A DNA stretch of 64,000 nucleotides from Octopus vulgaris (Eukaryota), in NCBI GenBank assembly GCA_951406725.2, contig OX597833.1, forward strand, positions 26,784,001-26,848,000, read 5' to 3'. The notes beneath the pieces were generated by a model. That model saw only the letters and a list, made by a program, of their open reading frames with translations. It did not search any database and was not told the origin of the DNA. The number at the start of each line of letters is the position of its first letter. Positions within the stretch are counted from its first letter, which is position 1. A program made the translations under genes and the position numbers. Shown piece after piece: positions 1-13,767 of the stretch.

Positions 1-213
1 GATGGGCTACTCAACCTGAAGAAAATTCTAACTGGGCCCCACCTGCAAGGTCATGTGCTGTTTATCTTGATATGAGATCACAATATCGCGCACATATGGT
101 TGTGATGCATGTGTCTGGTGTACCCTTATCAAACGGGTAGTCATGATGGGTATATTGGGCTTCGTATATTTTACCCCAGTGTCACTTTGATGGCATGAAC
201 TGCTCTCTCACTC

Positions 214-275
<62 letters not shown>
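1..275 (+). mobile_element. Probable 3' end of a retroposed interspersed repeat ending in an (AAT)n tail
   Basis: Complex sequence runs directly into about 20 AAT units (214-275); the start is cut by the window edge. The retroposon call is inferred from the tail only. Confidence 0.35.
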
Positions 276-277
<2 letters not shown>

Positions 278-570
278 TTTTTGAAAGGATTGACATTATT
301 TCTTCACAATGGTAAACAGTCAAGGCAGTCTGCTGGCTGTGGACAGCTGACACTTTCCATGATACCCAGCAAAATAAACTGTGAGTTTTAATACAATAAT
401 AATACAAATGTCTTTTTTAAAGTCGATTTTACATCATTGTAACTAGAATCGTATCAATATAGAAATGTATACCTCTTTTCACGTTACACTCCTTATGATT
501 CTTTCAGTTTGCTTGAAATGATCTCTGGTTTATAATCTCTCACGCCCTCTCTCACTCTTCCTTTCTCTCT

Positions 571-613
<43 letters not shown>

Positions 614-1116
614 TTTCCTTTTCTCCCTTCTTTTGTGAGGAGATTTTTTTTTATTGCCGGATAGGATTGCAATTTGTTACACAAACGGTCACTGAAACTC
701 ATTTATACGTTGGTTATCAGTTTATCGACTTGGTGAAGTTCATTAAAATCGACGCATAAAAAGATGTAACAATATTCAACAGCATATTTTTCTCTGCACT
801 TTCATTTATTTGTCATTCTGATTACTTCTTCTTTTTCATCTTTTGGTTCCGCAAATTATTTCTCCTTAATGTATAATATATATTTAAATTGATGAAAAAA
901 TTTTAGTCATGATGATAAACGCTTCGCAGGAATACTGAAACGCGAGAATTGATTTAAACATCTCTGCTGTATAACGAAAATTGTATGTAGAAATGAAAAG
1001 TCGTCATTTCAGACTAATTGGATGTTCGCCTTTTTTCGAAGATCCGAGTGTGAATATCCTGTTTGAACACACGCACTCACACTCGCACACACTCACATGC
1101 ACATAATTCTATGTGC

Positions 1117-1164
<48 letters not shown>

Positions 1165-1172
1165 CTATGTGG

Positions 1173-1224
<52 letters not shown>

Positions 1225-1257
1225 ATGTCTATATATATATATATATATATATAAAGT

Positions 1258-1432
1258 TAATCCAAACATGATAACACAAAGAGAAAACACAACAACGCGA
1301 GGACGTGGAACAAATATAGTATTATTGGACGCTCAGGAAGGAAGGAAAGAAGGAGGGCTTAACATTTCGAGCGGACCTCTTCGTCAGTAACATAGGAAAA
1401 GGAAAGATCCAAAAAAGGGAAGACGGAGGATA
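1258..1432 (-). mobile_element. Short non-coding element between (TA)n tracts with a minimal hammerhead-like motif (Penelope pLTR-like)
   Basis: Minus strand reads CTGACGA-a-GAG-gtccg-CTC-GAAATGTTA at 1387-1360. Homologous to 62415-62527 on the plus strand. Confidence 0.55.
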
Positions 1433-1445
1433 AAAAAAAAATATA

Positions 1446-1478
<33 letters not shown>

Positions 1479-1600
1479 GTGCATACATATATATATATGA
1501 ATATATATCATCATGAATGTATACTAAGCACACACGCGCACACATGCATACGCACGCACGGGCGCACATGTGTGTGTGTATGTGTAAATATATACATACA

Positions 1601-1900
1601 CGAAGGTGCATGGCTTAGTGACTAGAACGTTTGTCGTACGATCGTATGGGCGTAAGTTAGATCGACGGCGGTGCGTTGTGTCCTTAAGCAAAACACTTTA
1701 GTTCTCGTTGCACTAGTCCTTTAATTCAAACGGCCAGCTTTGTCACACTCTGTGTCGCATGAAATCTCCCTTAGAACTACGTTAAGGATTGGCGTGTATG
1801 TGGAGTGCTCAGCGGTTTGCACGTTAATTTCACCAAGCAAGTTGTTCAGTTGGCCGAATCATCTGAAATAATCGTCTTCATAACCGACAGAGACCCAAGC
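1601..1900 (+). mobile_element. Degenerate tRNA-derived SINE (family C)
   Basis: Head GAAGGTGCATGGCTTAGTG and body TGTGTCCTTAAGCAAAACACTTTA match the reverse complement of 2586-2906. Confidence 0.65.
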
Positions 1901-2585
1901 CATACATAAAATTTTTAAAGTTGCTTGCTATGTGCTTTGCACATCACACTTGCTCAAAGGAATGAAGATTTTAAAAAGTGGCTAAGCGTAATTTTTTAAA
2001 ACTCATTGATATATCTAAATGAATATAACATTTGAAAGCAAGAGACGAAAGACAGAAAAATAAAATACAGAGCGTATAAATAGAGATACGGGATACATGA
2101 AAGAGAACTATACGAAGAGAAAATGTGTGAAATTTATAATTATTATAAAAGTCTTACAGAATGTGATGCTGGGTTGAAGGAAGTAAAACAAAGAAGAGAA
2201 GAGAGATGTGAGGATTGTAAAGAAACATCTTGCATGACGAGTGTAACGTCAAATGAGGTATACATTTCCATATTGATATGATTCTAGTTAGAATGATGTA
2301 AAATCGACTTTAATATAAGAGAGTATTGGGAGTAGAACGAAAGTATTTATGAGACGCACTATGAAGGATTTTAGAAAGTTATTATATGGTTACAAGGAAG
2401 TAGCTGCACTAAATGGTATTTAACATTTATAAGAATAAGTGCATTGCAGATATTCTGTATGTTTATAAGGGAGGAAAGGCATATACTGATAGAAGGTAGG
2501 ACAAACTCTTATTGAAATAGCCAGCCACTGGAGAACGGGAGGAAGAGTAGACAGCATTACACGGAAATATAGGACAGAGTCTAGG

Positions 2586-2906
2586 AGCACTCCGTCGGTT
2601 ACGACGGTGAGGGGCCCAGCTGATACGATCAATGGAACAGCCTGCTCGTGAAATTAACGTGCAAGTGACTGAGCAATCCACAGACACGTGTACCCTTGAC
2701 GTAGTTCTCGGGGAGATTCAGCGTGACACAGAGTGTGACAAGGCCGGCCCTTTGAAATATAGGTACACCTCATTTTTGCCAGCTGAGTGGACTGGAGCAA
2801 CGTGAAATAAAGTGTCTTGCTCAAGGACACAACGCGTCGCCGGGAATCGAACTCATGACCTTACAATCGTGAGCCGAATGCCCTAACCACTAAGCCATGC
2901 ACCTTC
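2586..2906 (-). mobile_element. tRNA-derived SINE (family C) with a 12-bp target-site duplication
   Basis: Minus strand has A box TGGCTTAGTGG and B box GAGTTCGATTCCC. Direct repeat ACAGAGTCTAGG at 2574-2585 and 2907-2918. Confidence 0.85.
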
Positions 2907-3265
2907 ACAGAGTCTAGGTAATAACTATTTATACAGTGTAAGAATTAATGCAAATTTCGTGAAACTAAGTCACGTTAATAAACCCACTAAAAAACAAAAT
3001 TAATTATTAAAAAGGTGTAAATGAAAGATTTCACAATAAAACTAAGCAAAACATTCAATAAAGTCATTTTGCTTTTGTTTTCTTTATTGAGACCTCTTTC
3101 ATTTTCACCTTAATTAATTATCTTTTAATTCATTTATTTTCCTGACGTTTAATTTATTAACGCGGCTTCGTTTGACTGAGATATTCATCTACTTGTAGTG
3201 CTTAATAAGTAGTTTTTATTATTTTCTCACTAATCTTCCCAACTTTTTATGTCACATACATAATA

Positions 3266-3311
<46 letters not shown>

Positions 3312-3486
3312 TATATATATATAAATGTATGTATGTATGTATATATATATATATATACATACATACATATACATGTATAAATGCATATATATATATAAAC
3401 ATACATATATACATATATAATTACGTATATATAAACTTCCATACATACACTAATATATATCTATATTTATGTCTTTTTCTCTATCG

Positions 3487-3891
3487 CTTTTACTTGTTTC
3501 AGTCATTCGACTGTGGCCATGCTGGAGCACCGCCTTTAGTCGAGCAACTCGACTCCAGGACTTATTCTTTGTAAGCTTAGTAATTATTCTATCGGGTTCT
3601 TTTGCCGAACCGCTACGTTACGGGGACATAAACACACTACCATCGGTTGTCAAGCGATATTGGAGGGACAAAAACAGACACACAAACATATATACACACA
3701 CATATATATATATATATACATATATACGACGGGTTTCCTTTCAGTTTCCGTCTACCAAATCCACTCACAAGGTTTTGGTCGGCCCGAGGCTATAGTAGAA
3801 GACACTTGCCCAACGTGCCACGCAGTGGGAATGAACCCGGGACCATGTGGTTGGTAAGCAAGCTACTTACCACACATCCACTCCTGCGCCT
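3487..3891 (-). mobile_element. tRNA-derived SINE (family A) with an internal microsatellite
   Basis: Minus strand head GGCGCAGGAGTGG...GGGTTCATTCCC and 3' end CAGCATGGCCACAGTCGAATGACTGAAACAAGT. Many copies in the window. Confidence 0.85.
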
Positions 3892-4570
3892 ATGTATGTA
3901 TGTATGTATTTATATATTATATGTATATACAAACACACACGCGTATACACTCATACCCCCACCAATATATATATATATATATATATACATCTATCAGTAA
4001 TTACTGTAAAATATCAATAGTTTTAAATTAACTTTGTCTAGTTTGGTAAAAGATTCCATTTGAATTAATCTATAAAATGTACTGAAAATTAAATTTTTAC
4101 CTATATTACGAAACACACACTTGAGAAATTATATAACTTATTGATTTCTTGATATAAGTGATATTTTACTATTTCTCATTAACTCTTTTCATTTTGGAAA
4201 TAATGCATCTGATTTTGGTGATTCCTTTCATTCATTATTTAAATTGCAATGTTTTTGGCATTTAGAATATTACTACAGAATTTAATGACTTCTGAACAAA
4301 ATTTTGAATCATTATCTTACTTCTTGAGGTTAAAAGTAATTTATAAATTTCAATTCTTTTATGTCGATAGGAGTATCATACGTGTGTAGGAGTATTGTAT
4401 ATGTGTGTTAAATTTACATTCTATGTATGTCATGTACTCCACCGTTACTCCCAACACACCGTCTGCAATATTTTTCTCTATTCTTGCACATTGTTTTGTT
4501 CTCACATTCTTCATCCGAAACGCTTTTGTTTATCATTTTCTGTTTCCACTCAAGCATATCGTACAAAGTC

Positions 4571-4628
<58 letters not shown>

Positions 4629-5504
4629 TCTCTCTCTCTCTCTCTCCCACTCTTCTCTCCTTCTGTCTGTCTATTTTTCTGTTCAATTTGTGCAACTGTA
4701 GAAACAGAGGAATGTCTCCGAAAAAATAGTATTTACCATCAGTACGAGCGCAATTGCTTCCTTGAATGAAATTCTGGTGAAAACGTATGAGGCCTATGCA
4801 AATATATTTTACGTATACTGTAGTTGAACAGAAAAAATGTATGCTTTTATTTTCTAAACAATTGATACAATACAGAGCATTCGATATCCTTTTCTATGAC
4901 CCATGTGAAACATGTTTAGTATTTTCAAAGCAGTGATTGGAAAATATAATTAACGAAACGAAATAACACTTACAGAAATAAACTTACTATGGTTTCTTCT
5001 TAAAACACTTAGTTAACGGCAAATATTTCGAAATAAAAATTTCAGTCTATACAATCTGCTAGATAGAAAACCATAAAACTACGGGTATTTCTGAAAGGGA
5101 AAGTGGATAAATATTGCTCTGCTCAGTTGAGTATTGAAGATATGGTCATGATTAGAAATTTTTTGTGGCGAAAGTAATTCCATAAAATGAAATTTCTACA
5201 TAATGCAAATATATCTTGTTGAACCCATGAAAAACATTTCCCAAATGCTATCCATCTCAACCTGGACAACCCTTTTATAAATAAGGTTTTCTGGGTCCCC
5301 ATTGGTGAGTTAGCAATTAATTGAGTGATAAGGGACCTCTTTCACTCTATGAACAATATATACATATAACTTTGTATTTCTAAGTGAGATTGTATGTGCT
5401 ATAGGCAAGTTATTGTCTCATACACACACACACAAACAGACACACACACACGCATTCACACACACGCACACACACGCACACACATACACATACATATCGG
5501 CATC

Positions 5505-5820
5505 TGGAAAATTTTTAGCTATTATTTATTCAGCATTGCATACGTTTCATTTGGTATTAAGAATCATAAATTTGTACATGTTGGATAAACATGTAAGAAA
5601 TATCCCATTACAAATTCTTTAGAGAGAGAATCGATTAATAATATTTGATTCCCGGGCTGAAGAATTTCTAATAAGAAATCTCTTACATGTTTATCCAGCA
5701 TATACAGTTCTATGATTCCAATTAGTAAATAAAACATGTGTAATGGCGAATAACTAATACGAAACAAATTTCTGACTTCTTTTGTTATATAACTCAGCCA
5801 AAAATATTTCCAGAATTTTC
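5505..5820. repeat. Degenerate inverted repeat pair (pLTR-like relic)
   Basis: TGTTGGATAAACATGTAAGAAAT (about 5579-5601) is mirrored by ATCTCTTACATGTTTATCCAGCA (about 5678-5700); the flanks are also weakly complementary. Confidence 0.55.
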
Positions 5821-6200
5821 AACTCTCATATGTATCTCACATTAACGCAACATCGGCAACAACCACATTCTGGAATGTATGTATATAAGCATTTATGTAT
5901 ATGTATGTTTATCAACACCAGGTGCGACATATGCATTTAACTGTAATGTAAGTATAATTATTCATCTATTATCGGTTGAGGAAAGATAAAGATCTATGGT
6001 GAAAGAAAAGGATGGTCATTTTGAGTAGGAGATATAAGTAAAATATTATCAATAAATATAACAATAAACCTGTAAACTTTCATTAACAAAATCTTAGGAA
6101 TTTTATTTTATGAGAAAATGACTTTTGGATAAATATATTTATCGAACTTGGTGTGTTGCATATATATGTACGCTAGTAAATAGATAAATAGACAGATCGG

Positions 6201-6271
<71 letters not shown>

Positions 6272-6332
6272 ATAGATATCCACACATTCTTGCATATACA
6301 TGTACGCATATCTATATATATATATATGTAAT

Positions 6333-6375
<43 letters not shown>

Positions 6376-6742
6376 ATGTACGTTTATATATACCTAAAGG
6401 TATATATATGTTTGTATATATGTCTATATATGATTATGCATGTGTGCATCTTTAAAAAGTACCTGTTCACAGGTTTTTGGTGCGTAACTGTGTACGTGTT
6501 TGTGCCAACAGAGTAATTTGCCAATAACCCACTGTTTTTGTTTTAATTCCTAATCACTCCCTTTCTTATCGATTCTTATTAACTGAACTAACTTTCCCAT
6601 CTGAAAAAACGTAGCGCAACATTCTCTCTCGTTCCATATCAGATTCTTTTCTTTTAATATCCCCTCCTTCAAATCTGCAGTTCTGCATTATAGATATTTT
6701 CGATCATTTTCCAGACATTCATTCAGACAGTAGGAAAATTGC

Positions 6743-6782
<40 letters not shown>

Positions 6783-6817
6783 ATGTGTGTGTGTGTGTGT
6801 GTATGTGTGTGTGAACA

Positions 6818-6864
<47 letters not shown>

Positions 6865-7055
6865 TCTTATGTGTGCGTTTGTGTGTGTGCATGTGTATGT
6901 GTGCGTGTGATTCGGTCCGTGTGACATTAATCTCTCTCTGCTTGTTTATGTTGCCGATCCTACAATGCCTGTCAATATCTATAAACATCTATGGACTGAT
7001 ATACTTCAAGATCAAACAACACAAATACACACACACACACACACACGAACACACA

Positions 7056-7100
<45 letters not shown>

Positions 7101-7244
7101 TTATCTGAATCTGCCCGGTTGCGTATCCTTCAGTAACTAAGAACATTAATATGCAACTTTATATTAATTATCCGCAGATTACCCAGCACAAGAACATACA
7201 AGTATAATGCGACAAAAACCAACCTACATGCACGTTTAAATATA

Positions 7245-8524
7245 TCAAGTTATCCCATAAGTTCTATCCGATTTTACCTGTTTTTAAACTGAATAAAATT
7301 TAATAGTATTTTAGAAAGTCTAATGGAATTAAAAATTATTTTTATGCATTTGTGTACATTTAAACTAATTTATAATTATTTTACAGAATAATAGAATTAA
7401 AATTTCTTTGATTAAAACCCTTTCTAACATGGAAGTACCCAAAGAGCATTTAAGGTACATAATGCTTTATAAGTACAAAAAAATGGAAACTCTGCAGCCG
7501 AAGCGACTCGAAACATGCACTCAGCTTATGGGAAAGACTGCTTGAATGAAAGAACTCGCAGAAGATGGTTTGCAAAATTCAGAAGTGGAGATTTCAGACT
7601 TGAAGATGAAGAGCCAATAGGACGTCCAATTGAGTTTGATGATAAGCTCCTTGGGGCATTACTTGAAGAAAATCCTGCATTTTCAGTTGAAGAATTGCCA
7701 ATAAAGCTTAGTTCAAACCATACAACTGTTCATCGTCATCTTTAACAACTTGGAATGGTTCCTAAACTTGGAAAATGGGTGCCTCATGAATTTTCCGAAA
7801 GCAACCCGATTTGTCATCTGCTCTTCTCTTCATTCTCGCGAACTCATTTCACCCTTTTCGGATAGACTTATGACTGGTGACGAAAAACGGATCTTTTATT
7901 GAAATGCTAAACGTCGTAAACAGTGGCTTGGTAAAAGGGAAAAGGCTCAACCACAACCGAGATGGGAACTTCATGGAAAAAATATTCTTCCCTCTGTCTG
8001 GTGGAATTGCTAAGGAGTAATTCACTTTGAATTGCTACCACCTAATGCAGCAATCAATGCTCGTCTACTGGCAGCAATTACAGCGTTTGAACCAAGTTTT
8101 GAAGAAAAAAAGACCTGCTTTAGTAAATCGAAAATGAATGATGCTTCATCAGGACAATACGCAATCCCACACTGCAAAAATCACATCACAGAAGATGGAA
8201 GAGCTTGGTTGTGAAAAAATTCCTCATCCACCTTATTCTCCTGACCTTGCTCCTTCAGACTACCATTTGTTTCGCAGTTTGCAGAATCATTTGCGGGACA
8301 CAACTTTCGCAAGCCAGGAGGAGGTTGAAACTTACATTTCAGAGGTTTTCGCTTTGAAACCAAAATAGTTCTACAATGATGAGGTTAAAAAGCTTGTAAA
8401 TAGATGAAAGAAAGTCATAGATACCCAGGGAAAGTACATTGATGATTAAATTTCAATTAAATATAACAATTGATTACTTGATTTCTTTATTCGAAATTCG
8501 GATAGAACTTATGGGATGACATGA
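7245..8524 (+). mobile_element. Full-length mariner (Tc1/mariner, DD34D) DNA transposon, about 1280 bp
   Basis: Left TIR TCAAGTTATCCCATAAGTTCTATCCGATTTT pairs with right AAATTCGGATAGAACTTATGGGATGACATGA. TA dinucleotides at 7243-44 and 8525-26. Confidence 0.95.
7429..8449 (+). pseudogene. Mariner transposase pseudogene
   Basis: Reads MEVPKEHLRYIMLY..., RWFAKFRSGDFRLEDE, GKWVPHE, TGDEKRIFY, HQDN, YSPDLAPSDYHLF, with several frameshifts and in-frame stops (e.g. TAA 7743-45). Confidence 0.95.
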
Positions 8525-8533
8525 TATATATAT

Positions 8534-9060
8534 AAATATTGCATCTCTAAATCTCTCAGAGAGATTTATACAATAGCAGCACGATAAGGTGATGTTATAT
8601 TACCAACTTAATGTAGCAGTCCCATGAAAGGAAATAATGATACCCCTATTTAATCCTGGGAAACACCGTTTCCTGTTGGCCATAACACATTTTCGGAGTC
8701 CTTATGTTTTCAAAGCGGGAGATAAGCACCTCCAACCAGTAAGCCAGCATCCAGAGACTAGTTTCATGCTGCTACTGTATAAATCTCTCTGAGAAATTTA
8801 GAAATGCAATATTTCTATTTTCGAAATCACTGAATATGTTTCTCTGGAAATATAAATGTTTTCGAAGGCGAATTAGCGTCGACAGCTAGCAAATCATGCT
8901 ACTCCAGGCTGATGATGAGCAATGACTCTGAAACTCGTCTCTGGATGCTGGCTTTCCTGCCTGGAGGTACTTATCGCCCCCTTTGAAAACATAAGTACAC
9001 AGAAAATGTGTCATGGCACTGCAAATGGTATTTCCTATGGTTAAATAGCAGTAGCATTCT
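8534..9060. mobile_element. Inverted pLTR-like non-coding pair adjoining a Penelope-like ORF
   Basis: 8534-8580 is inverted relative to 8767-8814, and about 8600-8765 is inverted relative to 8930-9060. Contains the hammerhead at 8903-8945. Confidence 0.7.
8903..8945 (+). ncRNA. Minimal type I hammerhead ribozyme motif
   Basis: TCCAGG-CTGATGA-tGAGcaatgaCTCt-GAAAC-tc-GTC-TCTGGA. Stem I has 6 bp and the cleavage triplet is GUC. The inverted partial copy at 8750-8765 reads GAAACTAGTC with a palindromic stem III. Confidence 0.75.
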
Positions 9061-9065
9061 AGTGT

Positions 9066-10749
9066 TCCATTATAGTTTTCTATTTAGGCTAGGTTTATAT
9101 TCTATTATGTGTGTAGCTTCCGTAATTTTCTAAGCGTCTGATCTATGTGTGGACAAATTTTTAACTTCTATGTTGTTTGATGAGCCCCCGTGTTCCCGTT
9201 TGGCACGCTGGTATAGAACCAATGAGCTCTTCTCTTCCTTAAGCTCCCTCCAATGCTCATTTACCCGCTCTCCTTTGCTCCGTGCTGTCTCATCTACGTA
9301 CGTTGTTGTCTTCTTTCTGCACCGACCCTATGTACTTCTTAAACTATAGAGTACATTCCTAGCTTTACAGTTTGTTTCTGAGCTAAAGTTACATACAACA
9401 CAGTTCCTATCAGTACAGGGGGTTCTACTAAAAGGGTAGGTTCTACCGATTAGAGATTTGATTGGGTTACCAGGCCTTTCTACAACATTATTTCTTAGCT
9501 TAAGCTTGTCTAGGTCACTTCTAAAGTGGTACGCCAGTTCGCCTCTAGGGGTGGTGTCGACGAACGTGACACTTTGGTATTTGTGGCTAACATACTATGA
9601 GTTGACTTTCGCTATGTTCTTCTTAGCCCTTTCAATGGTATTCCATGACTTGCTCCTATAGCGTGGGCAAATCCCATTCCTATCGTTATGTATGATTGTG
9701 TCAAATTTCCTCATGGCTCCTTTATATACTCTGATCTTTTCTCTATGGCTGTATACTAAGACCTGCATACGGTGAACGAAGTATTGTATGTGTCTCTTTA
9801 ACTCTGTAAGGTCGTACATGCGGGGTACATTTCTCATTACTCTTATTGAATTTGGCATTGTCCACAATAGCTGACTTCTGGTGGATCAGGTATTTGGAGG
9901 TCATAGTGTCAATGGAGGATTTGGATATTATTATTCACAGTTTCCAGCCAGAATTCTGTATCTAGTACTGGTAGTCTATGGTTAGGGTGTTTCATTGGGT
10001 AGTCTATCGTGACCTTAACACTCCGGTGGATGGGGTTATCTATTTGCTGGATGCTCTCCATAGTACTAGATTTTATATCTATTTCAAGAGTACTGTGTTG
10101 ATATCATCGACATAGCGAGAGTATATGTTCATGAGTGTGGAGTTCTGTGGTAAGCGTTCTTTAAGCATCCTGTCCCACCATGCCATGAAAAGGTTGGCTA
10201 CATTACCGGCGATGCTAACCCCGATGCCCCTTCCCTCATCCTGGGTGTATATTTTGTTGTTAAACTTAAACATGTGTCCTTTTAGGGTAACTGTTATACT
10301 AGCTCCTAGTGCATGTGCGATAATTTTCTTTACTTGATATTCGTTTTCGGCGGTCCATATGTCTCTGGTCCATCCGCTCCATCTCTGTATAGGGTTCTTC
10401 CTAGGAATAGATGTAAGTGTATGGGGTATACCTCTTAAACATCTACTGGGGCAGAAACTTCTAAGGTCATATTTGTCTAGATATTCATTGCTATATGTCA
10501 GTCCAAATAAGGGGCCCAGTTCCTCTGTGTTGACACTGCCGAACTCCACTTCACTATCGATGATCATCTCCGCGCACTTCACCGCAAAATCCACGTCGAT
10601 GTATACGTATAGGGATACCACATCCATGCTGCCCACGATACATCCTGTTGCAGTCGTTGATCATCCTGAGGAGATTTTCTGTGCTGTCACAAGCATCTGG
10701 TGACATCTGATGACATCTGGACAACATGCCCATCTCCAAATACCACAAT

Positions 10750-10750
<1 letters not shown>
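9066..10750 (-). pseudogene. Penelope-like retroelement ORF relic: reverse transcriptase plus GIY-YIG endonuclease
   Basis: RT motifs GSMDVVSLY, GIGVSIAGNVANLFMAWWD, YSRYVDDI and LPVLD; Cys-rich linker PCTDRNCVVC; nuclease motifs NVLY...YVDETARSKGERVNEHW. Broken by stops and frameshifts; the 5' end abuts (TA)n. Confidence 0.88.
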
Positions 10751-10786
<36 letters not shown>

Positions 10787-11009
10787 ATTTATATAAATTT
10801 AGCATTCTCCAGACTTTCAACAGCGAATGGAGAAGGGCAACAGTAACCAGAACTAAAGCATTCCTTAGAAAAAAAACATTGTAGTCATTATTAGCCTTCG
10901 ACACAGACTCTCAGATGCCTATACATTGATGTAATTTACTTACACATCCACTCAACCGAAATTGTGCGTGTGTCTGTGTTTGTATGTGTTTGTGTGTGTC
11001 TACATAATT

Positions 11010-12050
11010 GATTAAATATTACACTTTCTACATGGATCTAAACACAGACACTACCATTCATCCTTCTAAACAAAACCACAATAAACATAAGATCTTCGAC
11101 CATCAGCCCACAGATATAAACAAAACATTACTGATAGCATTAGGGAAACTTCTCTGCACTGCAGCAAAATGTAACTATGTTGAAAAACAAACTAAATTAC
11201 TTAGAACATCCTATACAAAACAATATTTACCATAGAAACAGGAAGATAATAAGATATAACCCTTCTTGTAGCATTAACGTATCATACTATTTCCCGAATC
11301 CTCTAGTCTTCGCATTTTAGGTTTAACATTTTGTAAACAACTTACAAAGATTGAGTATATTAGCTCTATTGATAAATTAGCCACTGTGGTATTTGATTCC
11401 CGATAACAAGTTTGTGATTATCTTTCTTCTGAATGTATTATTTGTTTTTATATTATCTATCTTCCATACATTCTCTCCTGTACGGAATACTATAGTTATC
11501 TTTAGACTGATGCCTTCACTTGGATTCTGTGTATCTTTGGTTGAATTCAAAAGTATTATTGTTCTTGTTCTTGACAAGTGGTTTTCAACTCCTCCCTCAT
11601 CTCCGAGACACTGCTTCTATGCCTATTCTATAGATACGTCTATGGTTACACATATATTTGTTCATATTTCGTCCCAGCAGATTCAAACGTGAATATCTTA
11701 ATTGCTGTTCTATCCTGTCAATGTAGAACAAAAACTTCTTTCACCATGTACATGGTTTATTCGATTTATCTCCATGAATGTTATTATGCAACACTGCATC
11801 CTCTTAACGTTACTTATTATGGGACTCGGCCTTCTTCTAATTTCCATAATTTCACTATACTGTCCTTTGCTGAAAGAAGTATTTCTATTCTAGTAGCTTC
11901 TTATCTCAAGCCTATGCCTTATGCAAGCCACTGTCATTTGCTTCATTTCGTTTCTCCAAATAAATATGGTCAAAATTCTTATAAATCTTGCCTTTATTGT
12001 TTCATGAACTTTTGGACAGTTTGTCATTAGATGTCTTTCTTTTTCTTTCG
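11010..12050. mobile_element. Highly decayed coding-like sequence, possibly Penelope-like N-terminal fragments in both orientations
   Basis: Minus-strand GDKSNK resembles the PLE ADKGN motif; basic K/T-rich ORF fragments. Weak. Confidence 0.25.
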
Positions 12051-13767
12051 TGACTCCCAAAATGCAAAGTGGTTGCTTCAAGCCTATTTTACTTCTAATT
12101 ACTTGCCGCTTTGTCAGGAATAATGATGATGATGATGATGATGATGATAATAATAATAACAACAACAACAACAGCAACAACAATAATAATAATGATAATA
12201 ATGATAATAGAAAATTAACATGGGAAGGACACACTTCCTCACCCTACAAAATATTTCACGACAATTCTATAGAAAATAATTATAGTTGATTCGATATCAT
12301 AAACTCACAGATTTCTAACTCGTAGCAAGCACATAAATATATCGCACAATCAAAACGACTTGAATGCAAATGGAAGAATACACTAAACTGCTCCTTTAAT
12401 GAAAGTTTTCTATTGAAGACGCTGTCTTATAATGATGATATAATATCTAAACTTGAACTGAATTAGGATATAGAATACACTGTGTTAATAGAAAACTACA
12501 TACTGAGCTTACGGGAATAAAAGTAATTTATCATCCTCCTCAGTGAAATATTGTACCCAAAAACCGAATAAACGATGTCCCAGTGACATAGTTTGAAAAC
12601 TAAACGGATGCAGTTGATACATAATTGTTACAATTGAAACGATGTTTCTGACAATGCGTTAAATAAGAGAGACAAGATGATTTCCCATTATTTTATTTTT
12701 TAGAGCTCTTAAACACACCTCTCTACTGTCTAAGACAGCAAGAAGAAAAGAAAGAGGAAAGAGATAAGACTAAATCTAGTCTGTTGAAAGAAATGTGGTT
12801 AGATGTCCTTTACAAATAAGCGCCCAAACCTGATGGAGTGCCTGAAATTCATAGCATTTTGAATGAAGTTTTACAACCTACTTAATATGATGATGAACCT
12901 ACAATAAAACAAAACAAATAGTATGTCAACTGAAGATATTTAGGACAAATAATAAGAGCTCCTGTAAAATAAGATGGTCTATGAACTGTGCACAGTATGT
13001 TGAACTCTTCAATGTGTTGCTAAATACGAAAATACTCTTAAGCAAATCCAGGGAACCCGGTCGGTAAGTAATGCTGGGGGAAAGTGATCAAACTTATAGA
13101 ATGATCTAATCTTATCTGGATGGCGCTATCTTAGCGTTGACAATGCTGTTTTATTTTATATTTCGTAAATTTTAAATGATTCAATACGTTGTTTTACGTT
13201 TTTGTCGCACCCATCTATTTATCAATTAAACTTGTACAAGCGTGAACATAAACACCCACGTTGTAACTCTTTAAAACAGATTTATCACGTACCTGGTTCC
13301 TTGTGGCCAGTAGAAATGCTATAATTATAATTAGTAGCTGCATTCTTATCGTGCTGGGATTGTTTGTTTATATATCTGTTTGTTTCAGCTTGGTGTTCTA
13401 TTCATGATTGGTTGCGATTGATGTTAAATCATAGTTCAAACCTAACTCAGCAGATCCTTGATGACCAAAAGCATACTAGCAATGAGCACTCCATCTTTCT
13501 CTCAGAAATTTCTTATCTAGGATTTCATCATCCAATGTGTCGCTTTGTTTTGAAAAAATGTTAAGGCGAAATTTAAGGAACACTTAATTAATATTTCTAG
13601 TAAATCGAGTGACCACATAAGGGCTCACTCGTTCATTCGTCCGTATTTTTGTTGTTCCATTTACTGTTTGAAATTATAGCTGTTGTTCATCGAGCAAGAC
13701 CTTTAGCGAAAACTAGCCCAGTCATGACCATTCCGCCATTTTCTTTTGTAACATCAAAGACTACATA

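Noticed and set aside
905-950. ATGATGA...GAAACGCG hammerhead-like spacing
   Set aside because: C3 is absent, there is no stem II pairing, and no NUH site.
9909-9911. In-frame TGA in the PLE ORF as possible selenocysteine (Naiad-type)
   Set aside because: The ORF has other stops and frameshifts, the position is not an evident Cys site, and no convincing SECIS was seen downstream.
10697-10722. CTGATGA box near the 5' end of the PLE relic
   Set aside because: Part of a small CATCTG(G/A)TGA tandem duplication, with no downstream GAAA or stems.
12540-13000. Possible LTR-retrotransposon integrase tail (RYLGQIIRAPVK)
   Set aside because: Single weak motif with no LTRs or catalytic residues seen.
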